DNA of 64,000 bases from Octopus sinensis (Eukaryota). A program made the translations under genes and the position numbers. Of the stretch, positions 53,176 through 64,000 are shown one piece after another. Each line of letters begins with the position of its first letter. Position 1 is the first letter of the stretch. The notes beneath the pieces are model-generated. The model was not told the origin of the DNA. It saw nothing but the letters and a program-made list of their open reading frames with translations, and made no database searches. Where the stretch lies: the NCBI RefSeq assembly GCF_006345805.1, contig NC_043013.1:38316001-38380000 (forward strand), in the 5' to 3' direction.

Positions 53176-54440
53176 TTGGGTCATGCCATAAATAATCTGG
53201 TTGTTTCAATTCCATGAACTAAATGTAGGAGGGGGCTGGATAAACTCCTGCATCAACTTGCTATAGAAGCAGTTAATAATTTTACCTTGTACTTATTCTT
53301 AGTCCAAGTTTTGAAGAGAGCAGTTTGATTTTAAGACTTATTTTTTCAAACCTATAACGGAAGAGACAAAGGAGCATATTCGGCATATTTTGCTTTATGA
53401 GTTCAATAAAGGGAACAAGGCAACAGAATGTGCGAGGAATATTGATGCATTATATGGGGATAAGACGATAAATGTAAGCAAGTGTCAGCTGTGATTACAG
53501 AGATTCCGAGCCGGAAAATAGAGAGACGAGCCTCGTAAGATCTATGGAGCCTGACTAGGACATCCTGAAAAACCTGGTGGAAAAAATCCCATCGTAACTG
53601 TTGAGGAACTTGCAGAGAAGCTTGGAGTTGGTCATTCAACCATTCATCGACATCTGTGTATCATCGGAAAAGCCATCAAATTGGGTATATTGGTTCCTCG
53701 CAAATTTTCCGAGTCTAATCTCGTGCAGAGAATGAATGTGTGCTCTTTGCTGTCATGTCTCACGAATGAACAATTTTAGTACCGAATAGTGACTGGTGAC
53801 GAGAAAAAGATTCTCTATGAAAATGTCAAGTACCGAAGAGAATCGGTAGGGATAGATGATAGATCGGTACCCCAGGCTAAAGAAGGTCTTCACTCATGTA
53901 AGTTATTGTGATCTGTTTGGTGGGGTGTGAAAGGTTGAGTTCACTTTCAACTTTTAAAGCGAAACAAAACGATAACTAATGAGACCTACTGCGAGCAGTT
54001 GGAGTCGCTTAAGTTAGCGGTAGAAGAAAACGACTATCTTTGGTATCTAGACGAAAGGTGTTGTTCCATCAGGATAATGTTCAGCCAAATACAAAGAGAA
54101 TGACATTACAAAGGCACGAGAAGTTTGAATTGGAAAAGTTGTCCCATCCACCATATTAGCCGGACATTGCGTCATCTGATTACTATATATTCCGCAGTCT
54201 TCCGAATCATTTGGATGGGAAAAAATATGCATTCTGTAAACGAGGTTAGTACTAAAGGAGCATTTTTCATCAGAGGCAAGTGATTTTTCGCAAAGCGGTC
54301 TTGCAGGTCTAACAGATAGATGGAAGAGCATTGCAGAAAATGAAGGAGGGTATATTTTAGAATGAAAAAGTATTTTGTTCATCTTAATTTTGAAAACTAA
54401 GCGAAGTATAAAAAACCGCATTATTTATATGATGTGCCAG
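53176..54440 (+). mobile_element. full-length decayed mariner transposon (~1265 bp)
   Basis: Flanked by TA on both sides. Diverged TIRs TTGGGTCATGCCATAAATAATCTGGTT / AACCGCATTATTTATATGATGTGCCAG. Internal transposase remnants. Confidence 0.9.
53357..54365 (+). pseudogene. mariner DD34D-type transposase pseudogene
   Basis: KEHIRHILLYEFNKGNKATECARNI, KLGILVP (WVPHEL region), RIVTGDEK, LFHQDN and HPPY*PDIASSDYYIF (YSPDLAP-D motif). Multiple stops and frameshifts; start codon mutated to ACG. Confidence 0.92.
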
Positions 54441-54478
54441 TATACATACATTCATACATACATACATACATACATACA

Positions 54479-54510
<32 letters not shown>

Positions 54511-55086
54511 CATACATATATACATACACACACACACACACACATATATATATGTATATATCAACACATACAAACATATATACAATATTCATATATATAT
54601 GTATATCTATGTGTGTGTATTTGTGTGTGTATGCATATGTATATACATATTGTGTGTATATATATATTACATGAAATAAATAAAAATTTGATTAAACCTT
54701 ATTCTTTAATATTTCGCATATTTTGATAAGAGTCGTGCATTAAATATATATCTAGCTTCTATTTAGTGACTGTGTCTATTAGACAAGGTGATATGAGGAT
54801 TTATACTGAGAATTAAAAGTACATGCATACGTATATACATATATTTATCTGACATAGCAAAATGCCATGCGTCCATTTTATTCTATGAATACGTAAATGG
54901 TTCCTTTCTAAATGAAAGTATACGCAAATTCCTTACTTCTTTGTATAGAACAGCTAGATGTATATGACGAGTAAGCCAGATTGCTGGAGAGTAGAGTGAT
55001 AAAAAATAATAACCTCAAGAAGAGAAGCTATTGATTATAATAATAATTAAATTAATTTTTCTTTGTATGTGTATGCGCGTGTGCAC

Positions 55087-55146
<60 letters not shown>

Positions 55147-55357
55147 GAAATATGTTATAAAAAGAAAATATAAAATACACGTGGAAATGTAAGGGTAAAA
55201 TATGAAAAATCAACGAAAATGCACATTGCAAATAAAAAAAAGGCTATTTATGATAGTTAACGACAAATGTATACATTTAGATTGACTGAGGTAGTAATAC
55301 GAATCATTAAAGTCATTATTATGAGATGATTATAAGATGATAATAAAGAGAGAGAAC

Positions 55358-55396
55358 AAAACGGACCATGATTTCGTAAAGCTATTCATCGTTTGA
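55358..55396 (-). ncRNA. degenerate hammerhead remnant downstream of the Penelope ORF
   Basis: Minus strand AAAC GAUGA AUAGCUUUAC GAAA UCAUG GUC CGUUU: incomplete core, near-palindromic stem III, GUC triplet, in the position expected for a pLTR ribozyme. Confidence 0.35.
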
Positions 55397-55569
55397 AAAA
55401 CACTGGCTAATATACGGTGTCAGGTCTAATAGTTCCTGCGAAAAAAGATTATTTGTAAGGGAGGTAAGTAGTTCTGGATTTAGGGATGTGAATGGTGTAG
55501 GAAGTGTTTAAGGGTTAGTGGTTTCAATTGAAGAGTTAGTGGTGTTCTGTATTGAGTTGTGTGTTCATA

Positions 55570-55975
55570 TTTAGTTGGGGGAGAAATTTATGGAGGAAAA
55601 ATGCCTCTTTATTCAACCTTTGCTGCATTGTGGTGTTCTGTGAGCATTGGTAAAATGGAAATAGTTGGAAATTGGGATTAAAATTCCGGCACACGTTTCT
55701 ATGTATTCACTCACCTTTAACTGTCTGTATTGTGGGTGGCAGATTTGCTCTTTGTGGATGGTGATTCTTTGACGGAGCGAAATTCCTGTTTGTCCAATAT
55801 AGAGTTTACTACATCCTATGCATGTCATGACATAGATTACATTTACTGAGGCGCAGATGAAATTTGATTTGATCTTAAATGTTTCTCCTTGTTTGAATTG
55901 GAATTCTGAACCCTCCAGAAGGTGGGGGCATGTTCCACAGTTAGAACGTCCACATTTTGTCACTTTTGGCTCTGT
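55570..55975 (-). pseudogene. GIY-YIG endonuclease domain of a Penelope-like element
   Basis: KCGRSNCGTCPHL...NFICASVNVIYVMTCIGCSKLYIGQTGISLRQRITIH: Cys motif plus VIY...YIGQT...R..H. Frameshifted at the C-terminus. Confidence 0.92.
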
Positions 55976-56249
55976 TGTTAGTGGATACAGTCTAGCGCTG
56001 TTTAATATTTTTTTCAGTGATTTCGGTTGCCTTTTGCTTTTTATAATTTTATATGAGATTAAGATTTCGTTTATTGTTTTTTCCTGCTGTGTGGATGGGA
56101 AGGTTTTGGGTGATGATGTTGAAGGCTTCGTTGTTTCTGGGGTTATGTGTGGAAATGTACGGGAGTATTTTTAAGTCTTGTTTAATATTTCGGCTAGTTT
56201 TCCTTAACATTTGTATATCTATTTACTTAGCTCTTTTGATGTCTTAATT

Positions 56250-57461
56250 TACTAATGAGATTGGGTAATGTCTTTTAGTTAGTGTAGATCTAAGTTCAAG
56301 GAGTTTATGTTCGAGTGTATGTATCGGAAACTATGGTGCAGATTATTTTTACTAGGTTAAAGGGTATGTTGATGTTTATGTGTTTGGGGTGGCAGGAGTT
56401 AAATAATAGGTATTGTTTTGAATCTGTGGGTTTATAAAAGATGTCTGTTTCTATGTGGTTGTTAACAATTCTAATTAAGATGTCTAGAAAAGGGAGTTAC
56501 TTACTGTTATGTTCCATAGTGAATTGTATATTGCTGTGTATGTTGTTGAGCATTCTTTTGAAATCAAGGAGTTGATCCATGCTGTCTTTCCAAAGTATGA
56601 AGCAATCATCTAAATATCTCTTCCAGTTCTCATTTAAGTAGCAATTAAAAGAGGCGCCATATTTTTCTAGTGATGATTGGTATAACTTGAGTTCGTGGTA
56701 ACCCATTACGAGGTTTGCAATCACTGGAGCAGCTCTGGTACCCATTGCAATACCGCATTTTTGTCGATAGTAAGCAGTATCGAACATGAAGTGATTGTTT
56801 AGCAGGACGAATTTCAATGCTTCAATTATAAAATTGTGGTTAATTCGTCCTGGGATCTCTTCTGGGTATTTTTCTAGCCAAAATGTGATTGCTTCTATAC
56901 CATAGTCGTGTGGGATGTTGGTGTATAGATTCACCACATCGAAAGATACCAGTAGTGTTCCGTCCTTTACTGTCTTCGGGAGGTGGTTCAGCATGTCTAG
57001 GTCATCCCTGATAAAGCTTTTCACATATTCTAAGAGAGGTTTGAGTAATAAGTCGAGAAAGTTGCTCAAACGGTGGGTTTCACAAGAAGGACCAGCTATG
57101 ATGGGTCTGAGTTTGAGGTCAGTAGGGGGAAGGACATTAATGCATATGCTTGTAGAGACTTTGCAAGCTTCACAAATGAGTGGATTTTTATGTATTTTGG
57201 GTAATCCGTAGAATAGACTAGGACTGTATTTGAAATTGGATAGATAGTCTATTTCATGTGTTGTAAGACCCTTTCCATGAATTTTGAGTAAGGAGGATAA
57301 GTTTTTCAGTGTTTTCTGTGGGTTGTTATAAGTTAGTTTATCATAGTAAGTATTATTTTCCAACATGGAAAGTATTAAATTTTTGTAGTACTGTGTATCC
57401 ATCAATACTACCGCACTTCCTTTGTCGGCTTCTTTAATAGTCAGGTTTATGTCATTTTATA
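56250..57461 (-). pseudogene. Penelope-like reverse transcriptase, 5'-truncated and frameshifted
   Basis: ORF 56497-57405 has FYGLPKIHK, LRPII, SFDVVNLYTNIP, GIAMGT and RYLDDCF. It continues out of frame with PFLDILI...TDIFYKPTDSKQYLLFNSCHP, and ADKGSAVV lies upstream. Confidence 0.95.
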
Positions 57462-57491
57462 CACACACACACACACACACACCCACACCAC

Positions 57492-57524
<33 letters not shown>

Positions 57525-57541
57525 GTGTGTGTGTGTGTGTG

Positions 57542-57912
57542 TATAAAAATGACATAAACCTGACTATTAAAGAAGCCGACAAAGGAAGTGCGGTAGTATT
57601 GATGGATACACAGTACTACAGAACTTTAATACTTTCCATGTTGGAAAATAATACTTACTACGAGAAACTAACATATTACAACCCACAGAAAATACTGAAA
57701 AACTTACTCAAAATTCATGGAAAGCGTCTTACAACACATGAAATAGACTATCCATCCAATTTCAAATACAGTCCTAGTCTATTCTACGGATTACCCAAAA
57801 TACATAAAAATCCACTCATTTGTGAAGCTTGCAAAGTCTCTACAAGCATATGCATTAATGTCCCTCCCCCTACTGACCTCAAACTCAGACCCATCATAGT
57901 CGGCCCTTCTTG
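57542..57912 (+). mobile_element. inverted partial copy of the Penelope RT 5' region
   Basis: Reverse complement of 57083-57461 with a few substitutions and a 9-bp deletion; translates IKEADKGSAVVLMD...FYGLPKIHK...LRPII. Confidence 0.95.
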
Positions 57913-57930
57913 GTGTGAAAATACCCTTAA

Positions 57931-57968
57931 AATCTAAGGATTATTGTGCCCCCGAAACGGCCGTAATT
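57931..57968 (+). ncRNA. degenerate hammerhead remnant
   Basis: AAU CUAAGGA ...CCCCC GAAAC GGCC GUA AUU: palindromic ACGGCCGU and GUA triplet, but core G5 is mutated and stem II is unpaired. Confidence 0.4.
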
Positions 57969-58494
57969 GGTTTACCACCAGCAGTTTATCTGAACAGGAT
58001 TACTTATTCACTTCCATTTTTTACATATAGTTTTAAAAAAGTCCAATCTCAATGCCACGATTTTTTTCTTTATTCGCTCTTTTCGTAAGACATTATTTTA
58101 TTCATATTTTTGTAAGAGCATCTTTATTCTTAAATAATTTTTACAAAACCTTTTGATACGACAGTAATTCTAAGTTTCTCTATATATATCTTTATATATC
58201 TATACTTTTATACATTTACACTTTTATAACTTAATGCCATTCATCTATTGATATATGTATATTAAATTTTTATATATTTATGTATTCATAGATTCTTAAT
58301 ATTTAAATCGGTGATATATTTGTATATTTAAAAACTGATATATATTTCTATGGCAGATTATATGTTTGTATAAATTGTTGAAACTAGTTGAATTAGCCTT
58401 AGCATTTTATTATATCTTACTTCTCTGGGTTTTTTATCTTCGCACTTCAAACTACTGTCAATACAATACACAAAGAAACTTCGCTAAATATATA

Positions 58495-58569
<75 letters not shown>

Positions 58570-58587
58570 ATATTATATATTTATATA

Positions 58588-58658
<71 letters not shown>

Positions 58659-58696
58659 ATATATAATATCTTTATATATATATATATATATACTTT

Positions 58697-59199
58697 GAGA
58701 CGCAATGGCGCAGTGGTTAGGGCAGTAGACTCGCGGTTGTAGGATCATGGTTTCGATTCCCAGACAGAGCGTTGTGAGTGGTTATTGACCGAAAACAACT
58801 AAAAGCTCCACAAGTCTCCGGCATGGGGTGGTGACGATCCCTGCTGTGCTCTTTCGCCACAACTTTCTCTCACTCTTTCTTCTGTTGGCCTGCTCGCTTA
58901 GCCAGCGGGGTGGCGTCATTTGAAGGCTAAAACAATGCGAAGCGCATTGTCACCAGCGTTGTGTAGCAACATTTGATAGCCTGGTCGGTCACCGTGATCA
59001 CGTTTCTGCCGGCTCGCCGCCACAGATATATATATATATATAAAGAGCAGAGCAGGGATCGTCACCACCCCATGCCGGAGATTCGTGGAGTTTTTAGGTC
59101 TTTTCGCTCAATAAACACTCACAACGCTCTGTCTGGGAATCGAAACCATGATCCTACAACTGTGAGTCTACTGCCCTAACCACTGCGCCATTGCGTCTC
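58697..59199. mobile_element. inverted pair of family C SINE heads (58697-~59000 +, 59042-59199 -)
   Basis: Arms of about 157 bp share private variants (GACGCAATGGCGCAG, GCAGTAGACTC, GGATCATGG, CAGACAGAGCG) that are absent from the 39862 copy. Confidence 0.85.
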
Positions 59200-59215
59200 C
59201 ATGTATATATATATA

Positions 59216-59259
<44 letters not shown>

Positions 59260-59270
59260 TATTATATATA

Positions 59271-59365
<95 letters not shown>

Positions 59366-59375
59366 ATATATATAT

Positions 59376-59460
<85 letters not shown>

Positions 59461-60409
59461 TTATATATATATATCTGTGTGCGTGTGTATCTCTTTGTGT
59501 GTCAGTGTTCCCCCTACCCGACATCGCCTGATAGCTGATGCTGCTGTGTTTCCTCCGTCCCCGGTAACTTAGTGTTTCCGCAACAAAGACCGATATATTA
59601 AGTACTAGGCTTACAAATATGTCCCGGGGTCGACTTCTTTGACCAAAAACGGTGATCCAGCATGGCCGTAGTCAAATAACTGAATCAAGTAAAAGAATTA
59701 AAGAATAAAAGTATATATATATATATATATACGTTAGTCTTCCATTATATGGCGGACCAACAAATATGTATTCCATCTAGTGAGAAATAAATGTAATTTA
59801 ATATACATACTACTTAAATCTGGCAGAATCGTTAGCCGCCAGGTAAAAGCTTAGCGGCATATTGTCCCTATTCACGTTTTGAATGCAAATTTCCCTGCTG
59901 TCGATTCTGTCTGTCTTTCTGGGTCGATAAAATAAGTACAAATTTAACACGAGTCGATTGAATCGCTTTCACTTCTCCACCGAACTCGCTGGTCCAGTGC
60001 CAAAATATGAAACGAATATAAGCAATATTTAAGAATGAGCTACTACTAGTTTCATGCCATGGAAACACAATAATTCGGCAGATTTATATAAGTTGCCTTG
60101 TATCGCCAAGTAACCTTTCAGGTTCAATACACATCGATCTTTTAAAGAAATTAATGAAAGTAAATCTTCAGTTTCAGTTGATTTATCCCACTTTACATCC
60201 ATATATATATATGCAGATAAATAGATAGATAGATAGATAGATAGATATATAGATAGATAGATACATTTAAAGGCATAAAGCATAGAACATTTGAACCCTG
60301 CACTGAAATGTGGAAGCAATTAAAATTCATGTGCAAATCGTTTATTAAAAGAGATACGAGCGAATGCGTTTATTTTCTAATGATCTTTCCTGTTTAGTAT
60401 GACCACAAA

Positions 60410-61755
60410 CTGGCATTCTATCAGTCACAACAACAACTCTACCTGTTGATTCGATCAACGGAACAACCGACTCGTGGAATTAGCTTGCAAGCGATTGAAC
60501 ACACCATAAGCATGCGTAGCCTTAATGTAGTTCTAAAGGAGATTCAGTATGACGCAGAACGCTAGAAGGCTGGACATTTGAAGTACACGTACAACTCATT
60601 TTTGCCAGCTGGGTGGGCAAGAGCAGCGTGAAATAAAGTGTATTGCTCAAGGACACAACAAAGCGCCACCGGAAATCGAACTGACGACATTACGCTTGTG
60701 AGCCGAATATCTTAACCATTAAAGCACGTTGTTTTTCGCGTTAAGTTGCATAACTTCGAACCATTTACTGACATAAGTTGAGGAATGCCTTTATTCATGT
60801 TTTTGTTTAAAGGCGGCGAGCTGGCCGAAAGGCGGCGAGCTGGCCGAAAGGCGGCGAGCTGGCAGAAACGTTAGCACGCCGGACGACCTGCGTAGCCGTA
60901 TTTCGCCTGTCGTTACGTTCCGAGTTAAATTCCGCCGAGGTCGACTTTGCCTTTCATCCTTTCGGGGTCGATAAATTAAGTACCAGTTACGCACTGGGGT
61001 CGATGTAGTCGACTTAATCCCTTTGTCTGCCCCTTGTGAGTAGTAAAGAAATACATATTTTTGTTTAAAGCGTAGTTATCTTATCATCTTTAGGTCCCTC
61101 GCAACTGTTAGTTCTCTCTTAATTTAGGAGTCTGGTGATGCGTTTCTTTTCACTTCCAGAACATTTGTATTAGACTCAACAATAAGGAAATACATTTATA
61201 TGACTTTAATTGTTTAAATGCTTTCAAACTGTCGCCAGCTATTTCGGGAAAGAGGGCAAGTCGATTACATCGTTACCAGTGCTCCAATCGTATTTATTTT
61301 CTCGACCCCGAAACATTGAAATTTAAAGTCGAAATTTGAACAGAGAACGCAAAGACGGACGAAAAACCGCAAAGAATTTTGCCCGGCTCTCTGTTTTATA
61401 GTTGGATGATGGAAGCACTCCGTCGGTTACGACGATGAGGGTTCCGGTTGATCCGAATCAACGGAACAGCCTGCTCGTGAAATTAACGTGTAAGACACGT
61501 GCGTAGTTCTCGGGGATATTCAGCGTGACACAGAGAGTGACAGGCCGGCCCCTTGAAATACAGGTACAACAGAAACAGGAAGTAAGAGTGAGAGAAAGAG
61601 TACAGCAGGGATCACCACCATCCCATGCCGGAGCCTCGTGGAGCTTTTAGTTGTTTTCGCTCAATAAACACTCACAACGCCCGGTCTGGGAATCGAAACC
61701 GCGATCCTATGACCACGAGCCCGCTACCCTAACCACTGAGCCATTGCGCCTCCAC
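60410..61755. mobile_element. SINE cluster: family D (60410-60725 -), family A (60811-61055 +, 61240-61390 -), family C (61412-61755 -)
   Basis: Consensus matches. Confidence 0.82.
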
Positions 61756-62170
61756 GTTTTATAGTTATAGATATTATAGTTATAATTATGCTATCTATTA
61801 CAGGCAGTAATACATTAAATTTGTTTAAGCAGTCTATGTATTTGATGCATTGTTGATGTCGAGACATTTTTCAGTGAAGGAAAACGTGTTGTGCTAGAGC
61901 AAACATATATACAAAATATGTTTTCTTTAATTTATACTTAACAAGTTTCTTTTAATATTTTGTTGCGAAATCGTCATCGGCTGGCTATGGGTGAACTTAT
62001 ATGGAAACGGAAATATTGAATATCAAACGAATATCTAAAGAACGGAGAAACATACGTAATATTAGGTGTGATTAAATGGAAGAAAAAAAATCATTCCTAT
62101 ATCGATGACATCTACACACACACACACACACACACTTACACATGCACACTCACATACATATGCATACATA

Positions 62171-62218
<48 letters not shown>

Positions 62219-63587
62219 CACATATATATATAATATACATACATATATATAATATATATATATTTATATATTTATATATATTGGATATATATAGTATTCG
62301 TGAAGTAAAATTATGTAGAAACACCAAATGGCGGTGCCCCCAGCATGGCCCAGCACATGAGCTGAAACTAGATGAAATAATATATATATATATCTAAGTT
62401 TATATATATTTTTACAAATATTTTATAATATATTATAATATGTTTTAAAATATTATATAATCCAGGTTTTCGTAGCACTAGGCCACTTGTGTTAATAAAT
62501 ATACTATTAAATTAGTATCTAATCTCTCACCTTATAAATTAGTTTATATATATATATATATATATATATCTATATTATATATATATATATATATACATAT
62601 GCAGATAAATAGATAGATGATAGATAGATATAGAGATAGATAGATGATAGATAGATAGATAGATAGATAGATAGGTATGTAGATAGATTGATAGGATAAT
62701 ATATTATTCATGCGTGAAATCGTGTGGCCAAGCGGTTTGGGTGTTGGACGCATGATTGTAGGATTATAGCCTCTATTCCGGGATCGGGTGGTGTGTTGTG
62801 TTCTTGAGCAGACCATTTCCTCTTCCTCAGCGACCTCTTTGACAACTGACGTATGACGCATTCTTTTTGCTGTACAACCTATGTCGCCTCGATGGAAGGA
62901 ATGAGTACAAGTTCAACACAAAAAATTATTCCCTTTAAACAAATCTTTTATGCAGGTTGCCCGACAAGGTATTGCAGAACCCTCGTTTTTCATCAACGCC
63001 AGGAGAGCCCAATATATATAGAATTTAAACAATATTTATTCATTTATTAGAATAATTTGGTCACTTCACTATTTACAATCGTTCATTGCGACAACCGCCA
63101 TAGAAACGAATATGATAATGCATTCATTAATTCACTGAGAAACAGATAATCATTAAATAAAGTGTAATTGAATAGAAGCCTACGGTTCCTTAATTCCTTT
63201 CTTGGGTTGTTCAGTTTACTGTTTGATAATGAAGAGACTAGCTGCCCTTTACGTGATTAGAAATATTAGTCATTTTGTGTTCATCGTTTATTGAACTGAA
63301 GATGAAAGGCGAAGGGTGTCATTCTTCCTCTCGTTGTACCTAGGTTGCGAATACGGAATCATTAATCACTTATGATACAGAAGATGAGGATCCGATTAAA
63401 TATTGTTCGTATTGTCGTACAAACTACTTAAAGTTTCAATTAATTTTTAATCAAAACCACACCCTGCCTTAGCAAAAATTGAAGAACCAAATACTCAATA
63501 CTGCGACTTCATTCACACTGAACGAATTCTAATTTATTACATCAGTGAGAATAATATACTTTGAATAGACGCAAAACCCAAAGAGTT

Positions 63588-63835
63588 CGAGCTGGCAGAA
63601 TCGTTAGCACGCCGGGCGAAATGCGTAGCCGTATTTCGTCTGCCGTACTTTCTGAGTTCATTTGCGCGGGCGTTCGTGGATTCAAATTCCCCCGAGGTCG
63701 ACTTTGCCTTTCATCCTTTCGGGGTCGATAAATTAAGTGCCAGTTACGCACTGGGGTCGATTTAATCGACTTAATCCGTTTGTGTGTCCTTCTTTGTCCC
63801 CTCTGTGTTTAGCCCCTTGTGGGTAGTAAAGAAAT
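63588..63835 (+). mobile_element. SINE family A with a short internal insertion
   Basis: Consensus match; about 24 extra bp after GAGTTCA. Confidence 0.85.
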
Positions 63836-64000
63836 ATATATAGACGTAATTATTAGTAGTAACAGACTAAGAGCCAAGAACAAATGCAGGACTCTAAACA
63901 TTTTTTTATATTTTTACCGTTTCTCGTTTCAGTTATTGAAATACGGCCATGCTGGGGCACCGATTTGACATGTTGACTTGGTCAAATCGATACAAATATA

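Overview
AT-rich, repeat-dominated eukaryotic genomic DNA with no intact protein-coding gene. The SINE repertoire and microsatellite load strongly suggest an octopus genome (inference). Nearly all ORFs in the supplied track are translations of microsatellites or SINEs. Supportable content: dozens of copies of about four tRNA-derived SINE families; a full-length decayed mariner, an internally deleted mariner with perfect TIRs and a mariner MITE; Tx1/L1-clade and RTE-clade LINE fragments; a Penelope-like element (RT + GIY-YIG) with an inverted partial copy; a fold-back element; and a 100-N assembly gap. Two signals are not explained by the ORF track. (1) At least eight minimal type I hammerhead ribozyme motifs from several unrelated short repeat families, each with a palindromic stem III; two or three look near-intact. 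(2) A decayed multi-exon pseudogene with short introns and RGS-domain-like repeats, lying as two oppositely oriented halves at about 48.7-53.2 kb. Coordinates were read by eye and repeat boundaries are approximate.
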